DNA of 64,000 bases from an uncultured Bacilli bacterium (GTDB lineage Bacteria; Bacillota_I; Bacilli_A; RF39; UBA660), in contig CAKOXI010000002.1 of NCBI GenBank assembly GCA_934130045.1, positions 728-64,727 on the forward strand. The letters are read 5' to 3'. The notes under the pieces are model-generated. The model was not told the DNA's origin. It saw nothing but the letters and a program-made list of their open reading frames with translations, and did not search any database. Of this stretch, positions 36,598 to 47,497 are shown in pieces (within the stretch, counting starts at the first letter, position 1; every line of letters begins with the position of its first letter). A program made the position numbers and the translations under genes.

Positions 36598-39287
36598 AAA
36601 AATTAACAGGAAATGAAATCAGAAAAATATGGTGTGAATTTTGGAAATCTAAAGGACATACTATTGTTTCAAGTGCATCATTAATTCCAAATGATGATCC
36701 TACAATTTTGTGGATTAATGCCGGTGTAACACCTTTAAAAAAATACTTTGATGGTAGTGAAATTCCCGAAAATAGAAGAATTGCTAATATACAAAAGTGT
36801 ATAAGAACAAATGATATTGAAAATGTTGGATTAACATCACGTCATCAAACATTTTTTGAAATGATGGGAAATTTTTCAATTGGTGATTATTTTAAAAAAG
36901 AGGCAATTACTTGGGCATATGAATTTTTAACAGGTAGTGAATGGTTAGATATACCTAAAGAAAAACTATATATGACAATTTATTCAGAAGATAGGGTTGC
37001 TTATAATACATGGAGAGAGTTAGGAGTTGAAAAGGAACATATTATTCTTTTATCTACTAATTTTTGGGAGATAGGTCCAGGTCCTAGTGGACCAGATAGT
37101 GAAATATTCTTTGATAGAGGAGAAGAATATGATGAAGAAAAAATTGGAATTAGATTATTAAAAGAAGAAATTGAAAATGATAGATATGTTGAAATTTGGA
37201 ACAATGTATTTAGTCAATATAATGCTACTCCTGGTTTAGATAGAAGTAATTATCCAGAACTACCTCATAAGAATATAGATACAGGTATGGGGTTAGAGAG
37301 AATGGCTTCTATTTTACAAGAAGTTCCAACTAATTTTGATACAGATTTATTTATGCCAATAATAAATAAAATTTCTAGTATTTGTGGAATTAAATATGAA
37401 GGACAAAAAGAATTTAAAATTATTGCTGATCATGTAAGAACTGTTACATTTGCTCTTGCAGATGGTGCAAATTTTGGAAATAATGGTCGAGATTATATAT
37501 TAAGAAGATTATTAAGAAGAGCAATTAGATATGGTAAAAAGTTAGGAATCAATAGGATATTCACAAGTGAATTAATACCAGTAATCATTGAAATAATGAA
37601 AGATGCTTATCCATATTTAAATTCAAAATTAGATATGATAGTAAAAAAGATTAATACAGAAGAAGAATTATTTAATCATACACTTGCTAATGGTGAAAAA
37701 AAATTAAATGAATTATTTTCAAGTAATAATAAAATAATAAGTGGAATAGATGCCTTTAAGTTATATGATACATATGGATTTCCTTTTGAATTAACTGAAG
37801 AATATGCTAAAGAAAATGGTTTTTCTGTTTCAAGAGAAGAATTTGATAAATGTATGAAAGAACAAAAAGAAATGGCACGTAATGCAAGAGAAAATTATAG
37901 TAGTATGAATTTACAAAATGAGGCTTTACTTGATTTTAATGCTGAAAGCATTTTTGTGGGTTATGATAACCTAGACGTAGAAACTAAAATTTTAAAATTG
38001 TATGATGGTAATAATTTTGTGGATAGTATTACAGATGAAGGATATATAGTTTTAGAAAAAACTCCATTTTATGCAGAATCAGGTGGTCAAGTATCTGATA
38101 AGGGAATTATTACTGATGGAAATATAAAAATTGATGTTATAAGCAGTTTTAAAGGACCAAATAAGCAACATTTTCATCAAGTTAAATTTGTAGGTACAAT
38201 TAATGTTGGTGATAATGTAACAGCATCTGTTGATAAGAATTTTAGATTAAATGTTTCAAAAAACCATTCAGCAACTCATTTATTACAAAAATCATTACAA
38301 CAAATTTTAGGTAGTGAAGTTCATCAAGCTGGATCAAAAGTTGATGATAAACGTCTTAGATTTGATTTTAAGTATGATGGAACAATAAGTGATGAACAAA
38401 TTATTAAGGTTGAACAGTTAGTTAATGACAAAATTAAGAGTGATGTTCTTACAAATATTCAAAATATGGATATAGAAGAAGCTAAAAAAATGGGAGCTAT
38501 GGCATTGTTTGGCGAAAAATATGGAAAAATAGTAAGAGTTGTAAATATCGTTGATTCAACAGAATTATGTGGTGGAACTCATGTTACAAAAAGTAGTGAT
38601 ATAGATTCATTTGCAATAATATCCGTTGAATCAAAAGGACAAAATGTATATAGAATTGAAGCCACTACTGGTGATAATATTGTAAAGGAACTATTTGAAC
38701 AGATTAAACCTTATAATGAAGATATGATGAAATTATTAAATAAGGCTAAAACAATAGTAGAGGAAGCTAATGATTTAGGTATAACCTTAGAATTTAATTT
38801 TAAAATAAATAATGATAAACCTATGAAATATGCTGATATTGTATTTAATTTAAATGAATTAAATCAACTAAAAAAGGCAGTATCAGATTTAGAAAAAAAT
38901 TATAATAAAGAAAAATCAAAAAAAATGTTAGAACATTTAGATGAATTTGTAGGTTTGACAAAAGTTATAAACAATATTAATACATTAATAATAAAAGTAG
39001 AAAATTGTGAAGTATCTGTTTTAAAGGAATTTTTAGATGTACTACAAAATAAGGTAAATGGATTTGTATTTATTGCTAATGTAAATGATTCAAGTGTTAA
39101 TTATTTAGCTAAGTGCTCAAAAGAATTAATGGACAAAATAAATTGTGGAGCTATTGTTAAAGAAATATCTATTAAGTCAAATGGAAATGGTGGAGGAAGT
39201 AAAAACTTCGCATCAGGTGGTGGTAGTGATACTACTAATATTGACAATATATTAATAGATGTATCTAATATTATTGAAAATTTATGA
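36594..39287 (+). CDS. alaS: Alanine--tRNA ligase
   Basis: FWKSKGH, NAGV, QKCIRTNDIENVG, RHQTFFEMMGNFSIGDYFK, GLERMASILQ, editing-domain HSATHLL and CGGTH, C-terminal DHHA1-like region. Confidence 0.95.
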   Translation: MKKLTGNEIRKIWCEFWKSKGHTIVSSASLIPNDDPTILWINAGVTPLKKYFDGSEIPENRRIANIQKCIRTNDIENVGLTSRHQTFFEMMGNFSIGDYFKKEAITWAYEFLTGSEWLDIPKEKLYMTIYSEDRVAYNTWRELGVEKEHIILLSTNFWEIGPGPSGPDSEIFFDRGEEYDEEKIGIRLLKEEIENDRYVEIWNNVFSQYNATPGLDRSNYPELPHKNIDTGMGLERMASILQEVPTNFDTDLFMPIINKISSICGIKYEGQKEFKIIADHVRTVTFALADGANFGNNGRDYILRRLLRRAIRYGKKLGINRIFTSELIPVIIEIMKDAYPYLNSKLDMIVKKINTEEELFNHTLANGEKKLNELFSSNNKIISGIDAFKLYDTYGFPFELTEEYAKENGFSVSREEFDKCMKEQKEMARNARENYSSMNLQNEALLDFNAESIFVGYDNLDVETKILKLYDGNNFVDSITDEGYIVLEKTPFYAESGGQVSDKGIITDGNIKIDVISSFKGPNKQHFHQVKFVGTINVGDNVTASVDKNFRLNVSKNHSATHLLQKSLQQILGSEVHQAGSKVDDKRLRFDFKYDGTISDEQIIKVEQLVNDKIKSDVLTNIQNMDIEEAKKMGAMALFGEKYGKIVRVVNIVDSTELCGGTHVTKSSDIDSFAIISVESKGQNVYRIEATTGDNIVKELFEQIKPYNEDMMKLLNKAKTIVEEANDLGITLEFNFKINNDKPMKYADIVFNLNELNQLKKAVSDLEKNYNKEKSKKMLEHLDEFVGLTKVINNINTLIIKVENCEVSVLKEFLDVLQNKVNGFVFIANVNDSSVNYLAKCSKELMDKINCGAIVKEISIKSNGNGGGSKNFASGGGSDTTNIDNILIDVSNIIENL

Positions 39288-40405
39288 TTGATAAAATAAG
39301 AGAAAATATGGTAAAGGGTGAAAAAAATTTTTCACCTTATGCCACTAAAAGCAGTGAAGCAATAAAAATTAACTCGGAAAAGTCAGATATTAGACCGGCT
39401 TTCTTTAGAGACACAGATAAAATAATTCATACAGATTCTTATACAAGATATGCAAACAAAACACAAGTTTTTAGTAATATAGAAAATGATCATATAAGTA
39501 GAAGATTTATTCATGTTCAATTAGTTAGTAAAATTGCTAGGACTATAGGAAGGGCACTTTCTTTAAATGAAGATTTAATAGAGGCTATTTCTTTAAGTCA
39601 TGATTTAGGTCATGTACCATTTGGTCATGTTGGTGAAAAAATTTTAAATGATATAAGTTTAAAACATGGAGAAGGTTATTTTTTGCACAATGTTCAGAGT
39701 GTAAGAGATTTAATGGTTCTAGAAAATAACGGTCTAGGATTAAATATAAGTATTCAAGTTTTAGATGGCATATTATGTCATAATGGTGAATTTGTATCAA
39801 GTAAATATTTAAGAAAAGATAAAACAGTAGAAGATTTTTTTTCTGATTATAATAATTGTTATAAAGAAGCTGGTTATGATAAAAAATTAGTCCCTATGAC
39901 TTTAGAAGGGTGTGTAGTTAGAATTTCTGATGTTATTGCTTATATTGGAAGGGATATAGATGATGCCTGTAAATTAGGAATTATTGAAAAAAATTCTATA
40001 CCACTTGATATTATTCAAGTTTTAGGTTCAACTAATAAAGAAATAATTAACACTATAGTTTTAGATATAATAAATAATAGTATTGATAAAAATTATATAA
40101 AGATGTCTGATAATATATATTTAGCTTTAGAAAAATTAAAGAGTTTTAATTATAATAATATATATAATAAAGCAAATACTAAAGAACAAGTAGAAGAATA
40201 TAAAAATATGTTTAGTTTAGTATTTGATAAATGTTTAGAATCATTAAATAAACATAGTTTTAATGATTTGATATATGTAGATTTTTTAAATAATATGGAA
40301 GAAAAGTACATAAATAATAATTCAAATGAAAGAATAGTAATTGATTATATTGCTGGAATGACGGATGATTATTTTATTAAAGTATATAAACAATTAAAAA
40401 AATAA
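39284..40405 (+). CDS. HD-domain dGTP-triphosphohydrolase-like protein
   Basis: FFRDTDKIIHTDSYTRYANKTQVF, RFIHVQLVSKIA, SHDLGHVPFGHVGE, RISDVIAYIGRDIDD. Confidence 0.8.
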   Translation: MIDKIRENMVKGEKNFSPYATKSSEAIKINSEKSDIRPAFFRDTDKIIHTDSYTRYANKTQVFSNIENDHISRRFIHVQLVSKIARTIGRALSLNEDLIEAISLSHDLGHVPFGHVGEKILNDISLKHGEGYFLHNVQSVRDLMVLENNGLGLNISIQVLDGILCHNGEFVSSKYLRKDKTVEDFFSDYNNCYKEAGYDKKLVPMTLEGCVVRISDVIAYIGRDIDDACKLGIIEKNSIPLDIIQVLGSTNKEIINTIVLDIINNSIDKNYIKMSDNIYLALEKLKSFNYNNIYNKANTKEQVEEYKNMFSLVFDKCLESLNKHSFNDLIYVDFLNNMEEKYINNNSNERIVIDYIAGMTDDYFIKVYKQLKK

Positions 40406-40419
40406 TTTACATAAGCAAA

Positions 40420-40929
40420 TTATTTTAAATTAAGTTTTACTATAATAGTAATAATAAAATCAATTAGAATGATTGTGTCTAAAATAATACCAATAAAATT
40501 TGGTATTTTTTTTATAATTTTATCAAATATTGGTTTAATAATATATATTAGTGGTATAGCTGCTAATCCCCATAAAATCGACATACTTAAACATACATAT
40601 TTCCCTAAATGATATTTATGACCACTATAATCCCACCAAGTTACATTAAATAGTTTTTCAACCAATAATCCTCCAATCAATTCTATAAGACTTAAAAATA
40701 TAAAACAATATATAAAAATTAGTATAGTTTTCAAAAATTTGTTGCATTTATATTTTTTAAAAACAAAATTTGAAATTAATATTATTATAATTACTCCAAA
40801 TCCATACAAAGGTGTCCATGGTCCATATAAAATACCACTTTCTCCTGACCACGAAAAAATATTATAACAAATAGTTTCTAATATGTATCCGATTATTGAA
40901 TATATCCAAAAGCAATTTAAATAATACAT
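40420..40929 (-). CDS. CmpB/DUF1113-type membrane protein ('putative ABC-transporter type IV')
   Basis: IIGYILETI, GPWTPLYGFG and WWDYSG motifs with 4-5 TM helices. Start taken at the second Met (SD ggtga). The track ORF extends to 40941. Confidence 0.6.
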   Translation of the reverse strand: MYYLNCFWIYSIIGYILETICYNIFSWSGESGILYGPWTPLYGFGVIIIILISNFVFKKYKCNKFLKTILIFIYCFIFLSLIELIGGLLVEKLFNVTWWDYSGHKYHLGKYVCLSMSILWGLAAIPLIYIIKPIFDKIIKKIPNFIGIILDTIILIDFIITIIVKLNLK

Positions 40930-40977
40930 AGTAATCACCATTTGTAGTATGAAAAAATTATAATAAATTATACATTA

Positions 40978-41547
40978 TTATAATACTTTATCTATTAATC
41001 CATAATTTAGTGCTTCATTAGCTGACAAGAAATAATCTCTTTCTGTATCATTTTCAATTGTTTTTAAATCTTTACCAGTATTATTAGCTAACATTTTATT
41101 TAGTTTTTCACGCATTTTTAAAATTCTTTCAGCTGCAATTTTAATTTCAGTAGCTTGACCTTGTGCTCCTCCAAGTGGTTGATGAATCATAACCTCACTA
41201 TTAGGTAGAGCAAATCTTTTTCCTTTTTCCCCACTAGAAAGTAAGAAGGCAGCCATAGAAGCAGCAATACCAACACATATTGTAGATACATTACTTTTAA
41301 CAAAATTCATTGTATCGTATATTGCATAACCAGCAGTTACACTTCCACCTGGAGAATTAATATAAATGCTTATATCATTATGATTTAGTGAATCAAGATA
41401 TAAAAGCTCACTTATAACTGTATTACAATTAACATCATCAATCTCACCATTAAGCATAATTATTCTATCCTTTAATAATCTTGAATAAATATCATAAGCT
41501 CTTTCGCCATTATTGCATTTTTCTATTACTGTAGGAATTAATCCCAT
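40978..41547 (-). CDS. clpP: ATP-dependent Clp protease proteolytic subunit
   Basis: [38 protein letters not shown] (Ser), MIHQP (His), ERD. Confidence 0.95.
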   Translation of the reverse strand: MGLIPTVIEKCNNGERAYDIYSRLLKDRIIMLNGEIDDVNCNTVISELLYLDSLNHNDISIYINSPGGSVTAGYAIYDTMNFVKSNVSTICVGIAASMAAFLLSSGEKGKRFALPNSEVMIHQPLGGAQGQATEIKIAAERILKMREKLNKMLANNTGKDLKTIENDTERDYFLSANEALNYGLIDKVL

Positions 41548-41660
41548 ATAATCACCTCTATATTTATAATAGTGTAAAGTATAATTATTTATTCAATAAA
41601 TTTTGTGACAAAATACTTAATTTTTGATAAAATGAATATAATGAGAATAGAGGGATAATT

Positions 41661-43325
41661 ATGACAAAAAATATAAAAGTTAATTTTCGTGATATTGAAA
41701 CATTTGAATTTCCAGAAAATACTAAATTTATTGAAATCGCAGAAAAATTTGAGCATTATTTTGAATATCCAATATTAGCTGTTAAAGTTGATAATACTAT
41801 AATGGATTTACAAGATAAATTAACTAAAAAATGTACAGTAGATTTTTTAGATAGAAGCTCACTTGCTGGAAATCATATATATAGAAAAAGCTTACAATTT
41901 ATGTTAGTGTTAGCTGTAAAAAGATTATTTGGAAGTAATGCAGAGGTATTAATAGAGCATTCAGTAAGTAAAGGTGTATACTGTGAATTAGTAGACATTG
42001 AAGTTACAAAACAAGTCCTTTTAGATATAGAAAATGAAATGAAAAAAATCGTATCAGAAGATTTAATTTTTACTAAAATAAGTGCATCACGTATTGATTC
42101 TATAAAATATTTTAAAAATAAAAAATGGTTAGATAAAGTAAAAGTTTTAAAATATATTAGTAATACTTATATAAATTTATATAGAATTGATGATGTATAT
42201 GATTATTACTATAGTGAAATGGCACCATCTACAAAGTATTTGGATTGCTTTAGTTTAAATTATATTAGTGAAAAAGGCTTTGTAATGTGCTATCCTGATA
42301 TATTTAATCCAGAATGTACATTACCTTATAATCATCATGAATTATTATTTAATAAATTTTTAGATTATACTAATTGGGGAAGAAAAATAGGTATTTCTAA
42401 TGCTGCTGATTTAAATGAAGTTGTTTCTCTTGGAAAGTATGGTGAATTAATTCGCCTATCAGAAGCATATTATAATAGTCAAATTGCTAAAATAGCGGAT
42501 ACTATATATGATAAATCTAAAGATGTTAAAGTTGTTTTAATTGCTGGTCCTTCTTCAAGTGGTAAAACAACTACCTCAAAAAAATTAGAAGTTTATTTAA
42601 GAAGTAAGGGATTAGTTCCACATCAAATATCAATAGATGACTATTTTGTAAATAGAAGTGATACACCAAAAGATGAAAATGGTGAATTGGATTTTGAATC
42701 AATAGATGCGATTGATGTTGATTTGTTTAATAAACATTTGCTTAAATTATTAGATGGAGAACGTGTATTATTACCACAGTATAATTTTGTTTTAGGAAAA
42801 AGAGAATATAAAAATAAGTGGTTACAATTAAAAGAAAATGATATAATAATAATTGAAGGTTTACATGCTTTAAATAATACTATGACTATGTCAATAAATG
42901 AAAAAAATAAATTTAAAATTTATATTAGTCCATTAACTCAATTAAATATTGATAACCATAATTATATTCGTACAACTGATACTAGAAAATTAAGAAGAAT
43001 TATAAGGGACAATAAGTTTAGGGGACATAGTGCTAGTGAAACTTTAAAAATGTGGTCAAAAATTAAAAGAGGAGAAGAAAAATATATATTTCCATATCAA
43101 GATAATGTTGATGCGATAATTAATTCAGCATTGGTATATGAGATTGGTGTTTTAAAAACATATGCTGAACCATTATTGTTTTCTGTTACAGAGGATGATC
43201 CTATGTATCCAGAGGCATTAAGACTTATTAATTTCTTAAGAAATTTTTTACCAATTCCTAGTGATGACGTACAAAGTGATTCAATCTTAAGAGAGTTTAT
43301 TGGTGGAAGTGTATATAATGATTAG
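41661..43325 (+). CDS. Uridine/nucleoside kinase-family protein with N-terminal TGS-like/ThrRS-like domains
   Basis: Walker A IAGPSSSGKTTTSKKL, IIIEGLHALN, RRIIRDNKFRG. The N-terminal roughly 280 aa resemble TGS plus second-additional-domain architecture. Confidence 0.7.
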   Translation: MTKNIKVNFRDIETFEFPENTKFIEIAEKFEHYFEYPILAVKVDNTIMDLQDKLTKKCTVDFLDRSSLAGNHIYRKSLQFMLVLAVKRLFGSNAEVLIEHSVSKGVYCELVDIEVTKQVLLDIENEMKKIVSEDLIFTKISASRIDSIKYFKNKKWLDKVKVLKYISNTYINLYRIDDVYDYYYSEMAPSTKYLDCFSLNYISEKGFVMCYPDIFNPECTLPYNHHELLFNKFLDYTNWGRKIGISNAADLNEVVSLGKYGELIRLSEAYYNSQIAKIADTIYDKSKDVKVVLIAGPSSSGKTTTSKKLEVYLRSKGLVPHQISIDDYFVNRSDTPKDENGELDFESIDAIDVDLFNKHLLKLLDGERVLLPQYNFVLGKREYKNKWLQLKENDIIIIEGLHALNNTMTMSINEKNKFKIYISPLTQLNIDNHNYIRTTDTRKLRRIIRDNKFRGHSASETLKMWSKIKRGEEKYIFPYQDNVDAIINSALVYEIGVLKTYAEPLLFSVTEDDPMYPEALRLINFLRNFLPIPSDDVQSDSILREFIGGSVYND

Positions 43326-43341
43326 AAAGGTTAGATAAAAA

Positions 43342-44355
43342 ATGATAAAAGTTGCAATAAATGGATTTGGAAGAATAGGAAGACTTGTTTTTAGAATTAT
43401 GGAGGAAAATCCAGAATTTGAAGTTGTTGCTATTAATGATTTAACAGATGCTGAACAATTGGCTTATTTATTAAAATATGATACTTCACATAGAAATTAT
43501 CGAATTAATGAAATAAGTCATGAAGATAATTATATAATAATTGGAAATCGTAGAATAAGAGTTTATTCAGAAACTGATCCTGCTAATTTACCATGGGGTG
43601 AATTACAAATTGATGAAGTATTTGAGTGTACTGGTAGATTTGTAGAAAAAGATAAAGCTTTAGCTCATATCAAGGCAGGTGCAAAAAAAGTTATTATTAG
43701 TGCTCCGGGAAAAGGTGATTTAAAAACAATTGTGTATAATGTAAATCATGATACATTAGATGGAACAGAAGATGTTATTAGTGCTGCATCTTGTACTACA
43801 AATTGCCTTGCTCCGGTTTGTAAAGTATTAAATGATAATTTTGGTATAGTAAAGGGCTATATGACAACTGTTCATGCTTATACAAATGACCAAGCAACTC
43901 TTGATATTGCGCATAAAAAAGGAGCTAAATCTCGTCGTGGTCGTGCAGCAGCTGCTAATATTGTGCCATCATCAACAGGAGCTGCAAGTGCAATAGGTTT
44001 AGTTATACCTTCATTAAAAGGAAAATTAGATGGGAATGCCTTAAGAGTTCCAACTACAACTGGTTCTGTTGTTGATTTAACAGTTGAACTTGCAAAAAAT
44101 GTTACAGTGGAACAAATCAATGAAACTTTTATAAATAGTCAAAATGAAACATTGGGTTATACAACTGATCCTATAGTTTCTAGTGATATAATAGGTTCAT
44201 ATTATGGTGGTTTAGTTGATGGATTATTAACAAGTGTTTTAGAAGTCGATAATAAACAATTAGTAAAAGTAATTGCTTGGTATGATAACGAAATGAGTTA
44301 TAGTGCACAAATGGTTAGAACAGCGCTTTATTTAGGAAAATTAATGAAAAAATAA
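43342..44355 (+). CDS. gap: Type I glyceraldehyde-3-phosphate dehydrogenase
   Basis: [19 protein letters not shown] (catalytic Cys), [17 protein letters not shown]. Confidence 0.95.
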   Translation: MIKVAINGFGRIGRLVFRIMEENPEFEVVAINDLTDAEQLAYLLKYDTSHRNYRINEISHEDNYIIIGNRRIRVYSETDPANLPWGELQIDEVFECTGRFVEKDKALAHIKAGAKKVIISAPGKGDLKTIVYNVNHDTLDGTEDVISAASCTTNCLAPVCKVLNDNFGIVKGYMTTVHAYTNDQATLDIAHKKGAKSRRGRAAAANIVPSSTGAASAIGLVIPSLKGKLDGNALRVPTTTGSVVDLTVELAKNVTVEQINETFINSQNETLGYTTDPIVSSDIIGSYYGGLVDGLLTSVLEVDNKQLVKVIAWYDNEMSYSAQMVRTALYLGKLMKK

Positions 44356-44356
44356 G

Positions 44357-44382
44357 TATATGATAGATTCATATATTTTTTT
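44357..44382 (+). terminator. Intrinsic terminator
   Basis: Stem tatatga/tcatata, 5-nt loop, T7 run. Confidence 0.65.
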
Positions 44383-44432
44383 CTTATTTGCTTATTTTAT
44401 TTTTTTTTGCTATAATTCTAATGGTGATAAAA

Positions 44433-46337
44433 ATGGCAAAATATGATGAAAATTCTATAAAGATATTAGAAGGACTTGAAGCAGTTAGAAAAAGACCAGG
44501 TATGTATATAGGTTCAACTGATAAAAGAGGACTTCATCATTTAATATGGGAAATTGTTGATAATGGTGTAGATGAAGTTATAAATGGTTATGGTAAAAAA
44601 ATAAAAATTATAATGCATCAAGATGGAAGTATCAGTGTAAGTGATGAAGGAAGGGGTGTACCGGTTGGAATGCACTCTAGTGGTATGTCTACTCCAGAAG
44701 TAATATATACTGTTCTTCATGCTGGTGGTAAGTTTGAAAGCGGAGGATATAAGGTATCCGGAGGACTTCACGGAGTAGGTGCCAGTGTAGTTAATGCCCT
44801 ATCAAAATGGATGGAAGTAACTATAAAAAGAGATGGTTATGAATATTATATTAAATTTGAAAATGGTGGTAAGTTAGCTGTCCCATTAAAACAATTATCT
44901 AAAACAAATAAAACAGGAACTACTGTTAGGTTTATGCCCGATGATGAAATTTTTTCTACAACAACATTTTCATTTTCTACCATTTGTGAGAGAATGCAAG
45001 AATGCGCATTTTTATTAACAGGATTAAATATTGAAATTATAAATGAAATAGATGGAAGAAGAGAAGTATATCAATATGAAAATGGTTTAAAATCATTTGT
45101 AGAATATTTAAATGAGGATAAAAAGGAGTTACACAAAGTTGTAAATTTTAACTCATTTAAAGATGGAATTAATGTAGAAATCGCATTCCAATATACTGAT
45201 ACATATAATGAAAATATTATATCATTTGTAAATAATGTTAAAACAAATGATGGAGGAACTCATGAGGTAGGGTTTAAATCAGCTATAACAAGGGTTTTTA
45301 ATGATTATGCAAGAACGAATAAATATTTAAAAGATAAGGATAAAAATTTAGAGGGTAGTGATACAAGAGAAGGCTTAACCGCAATTATATCATTACAAAT
45401 TCCTGAAAATTTACTACAATTTGAAGGTCAAACAAAAGCAAAATTGGGTACACCAGAAGCTAGAACTATTGTTGAAAGTGTTGTTTCTGAAAAATTACAA
45501 TTTTTTCTAGAAGAAAATAAGGCAGTAGCCACAACTATTTTAGAAAAAATGGTAAAAAGTAAAATGGTTAGAGAAGCTGCAAGAAAAGCAAGAGATGAAG
45601 CCAGAAATGGTAAAGATAAATCAAAAAAAGATAGAATATTAAGTGGTAAATTAACTCCAGCTCAAACAAAAAATCCTCTAAAAAATGAATTATTTTTAGT
45701 GGAAGGTGATTCAGCAGGTGGTTCTGCAAAGCAGGGAAGGGATAGAAAATTTCAGGCAATACTACCATTAAGAGGTAAAGTTTTAAATTGTGAAAAAACT
45801 AAATTAGAAGAAATATTTAAAAATGAAGAAATTAATACAATAATTCATACTGTTGGAGCAGGTGTTGGAAGTGATTTTGATGTAAAGGATTCAAATTATG
45901 ATAAAATTATTATTATGTCAGATGCTGATGTAGATGGATCACACATTCAAATTTTATTACTAACTTTTTTCTATAGATATATGAAACCATTAGTAGAAGC
46001 AGGAAAAGTATATATTGCTATGCCACCGTTATATAAATTATCAAATGGTAAGGTTATTCATTATGCTTGGACAGATGAAGAAAGAAAACAAATATTAGCT
46101 AATAGTAAAGTAAAGTTAGAAACCCAAAGGTATAAAGGTTTAGGTGAAATGAACGCAGAACAACTTTGGGAAACAACTATGAATCCTGAAACAAGAAGTT
46201 TAATTAAAGTAAATATTATAGATGCAGCTTTAGCAGAAAAAAGAGTAAGTATATTAATGGGGGATAAGGTTGAACCTAGAAAAGAATGGATTGAAGAAAA
46301 TATTGAGTTTACTTTAGAAGATAATTATGAGGTGTAA
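44433..46337 (+). CDS. parE: DNA topoisomerase IV subunit B
   Basis: Close to my recollection of B. subtilis ParE along its length: ILEGLEAVRKRPGMYIGS, LHHLIWEIVDN, GGLHGVGASVVNALS, FVEYLNEDK, EGDSAGGSAKQGRDR, LPLRGKVLN, QRYKGLGEMN, LMGDKVEPRKEWIE. The ATG at 44433 follows SD ggtga. Confidence 0.85.
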   Translation: MAKYDENSIKILEGLEAVRKRPGMYIGSTDKRGLHHLIWEIVDNGVDEVINGYGKKIKIIMHQDGSISVSDEGRGVPVGMHSSGMSTPEVIYTVLHAGGKFESGGYKVSGGLHGVGASVVNALSKWMEVTIKRDGYEYYIKFENGGKLAVPLKQLSKTNKTGTTVRFMPDDEIFSTTTFSFSTICERMQECAFLLTGLNIEIINEIDGRREVYQYENGLKSFVEYLNEDKKELHKVVNFNSFKDGINVEIAFQYTDTYNENIISFVNNVKTNDGGTHEVGFKSAITRVFNDYARTNKYLKDKDKNLEGSDTREGLTAIISLQIPENLLQFEGQTKAKLGTPEARTIVESVVSEKLQFFLEENKAVATTILEKMVKSKMVREAARKARDEARNGKDKSKKDRILSGKLTPAQTKNPLKNELFLVEGDSAGGSAKQGRDRKFQAILPLRGKVLNCEKTKLEEIFKNEEINTIIHTVGAGVGSDFDVKDSNYDKIIIMSDADVDGSHIQILLLTFFYRYMKPLVEAGKVYIAMPPLYKLSNGKVIHYAWTDEERKQILANSKVKLETQRYKGLGEMNAEQLWETTMNPETRSLIKVNIIDAALAEKRVSILMGDKVEPRKEWIEENIEFTLEDNYEV

Positions 46338-46339
46338 TA

Positions 46340-47002
46340 ATGAATAGAAAAATAATGAGTAGTTTATCTTATGGATTTTATTTTTTAGTGTTATGTATAG
46401 TATTTTTAATCATATATTTAGCTTTTTTCAAGCAGGATAATAAAAATAATTCTAATAGTAATTCAAATACTTCTGAAAAAGAGGAAGAAAATATAAAAAA
46501 TGAAAATATAAAATTAAATAGTAATGAAATATCATTAGATATTGGTGCCTCTTTTAATTTAAGTGTTACATTAACGCCTAGTAGTGGTGATGAAATAATA
46601 AAATTTGAATCAGAAAATGAAAATATTGCTACTGTTAATGAATTAGGTGTAGTATCTGGTGTAGGAAGTGGTAGTACTAAAATAATTGTATCAGTGGAAG
46701 GAACAAACTTAAAAGCTGAATGTAATGTAAATGTATCAGAAACTACAGTAACAGTAACAAGCTTATTTTCCAAAGATGAAAATGTTAATTTAAAAATAAA
46801 CGAAACATATCAAACAGATATAACGGTTATTCCTATGAATTCAACCGATAAATCGTTAACTTATTCTTCATCTAATGACTCTATTGCAGAAATTGATTCC
46901 CAAGGACTTATAACAGCTAAACAAAAAGGAACAGCATTTATAACTGTTAGTTCAGCTGTAAATAAGGATGTAACTGTTGAGATAAAAGTATTAGTAAAAT
47001 AA
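46340..47002 (+). CDS. Membrane-anchored protein with two bacterial Ig-like (Big_2) domains
   Basis: N-terminal TM. Two repeats of the type ...ATVNELGVVSGVGSGSTKIIVS... and ...IAEIDSQGLITAKQKGTAFITVS.... Confidence 0.7.
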   Translation: MNRKIMSSLSYGFYFLVLCIVFLIIYLAFFKQDNKNNSNSNSNTSEKEEENIKNENIKLNSNEISLDIGASFNLSVTLTPSSGDEIIKFESENENIATVNELGVVSGVGSGSTKIIVSVEGTNLKAECNVNVSETTVTVTSLFSKDENVNLKINETYQTDITVIPMNSTDKSLTYSSSNDSIAEIDSQGLITAKQKGTAFITVSSAVNKDVTVEIKVLVK

Positions 47003-47029
47003 AAACATGATTTATTTCATGTTTTTTTT
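47001..47029. terminator. Terminator hairpin between convergent genes
   Basis: Stem aaacatga/tcatgttt, 6-nt loop, T8 run. Confidence 0.75.
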
Positions 47030-47089
47030 GATATTTATTATAAATATTATATTATCATAATAAATTGAAATTTTTATATAGGTTACTAT

Positions 47090-47497
47090 TTATAGTGTTG
47101 GATTTTCTGTTTCTGCAATATCAAAATTAGAGTCATTTCTATTTTTATAAACAACATATAAAACAATTAAAGATGCGACTAAGGATAATAATCCAGCAAT
47201 TATTTGTAATTCTATATATTTTGTTTCATCACTTTTATACTCAGCAATTTTTTTAGATACATAATTGCAATATATAAAAACTATGGCTAAAATAACCACA
47301 AAAATTCTATTAAAGAGTGCTAAATTTTGTGATGTTTTATTTGAAAATAATCCATTATTATTTTTTAATTTTTCTTTTTCATCGTATGTTAATGATATAG
47401 AAATAAATAAAGAAATTACAAACAAAAAAGTTGCGATAAGTTGAATATTTAAAATTTTTTCTTCTATATCTTTATAATAATTATTATTGTTTTTCAT
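47090..47497 (-). CDS. Hypothetical 3-TM membrane protein
   Basis: ORF overlaps the end of the upstream (minus-strand) deacetylase gene by 14 nt. Three hydrophobic helices. No motifs. Confidence 0.5.
   Translation of the reverse strand: MKNNNNYYKDIEEKILNIQLIATFLFVISLFISISLTYDEKEKLKNNNGLFSNKTSQNLALFNRIFVVILAIVFIYCNYVSKKIAEYKSDETKYIELQIIAGLLSLVASLIVLYVVYKNRNDSNFDIAETENPTL

Noticed and set aside
41548-41660. Searched for a CtsR operator (GGTCAAA direct repeat) upstream of clpP. Also searched for a T-box leader upstream of alaS and an NrdR box upstream of nrdD
   Set aside because: No convincing match was seen by eye. alaS is translationally coupled to the upstream gene, so it has no leader. Absence by eye is not proof; motif scans could still find degenerate sites.
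44388-44416. A T9 homopolymer in the spacer of the putative parE promoter (ttgctt-17-tgctataat), considered as a phase-variation switch
   Set aside because: Homopolymeric T and A runs of this length are frequent throughout this AT-rich window, and nothing else suggests phase variation of an essential gene.
35824-46773. Minus-strand track ORFs 35824-36009, 37001-37204, 39585-39800, 43878-44120, 44541-44771, 45568-45768 and 46378-46773
   Set aside because: All are embedded antisense in confidently assigned + strand genes (AI-2E permease, alaS, the HD hydrolase, gap, parE, the Big_2 protein). None has an SD or recognisable motifs.
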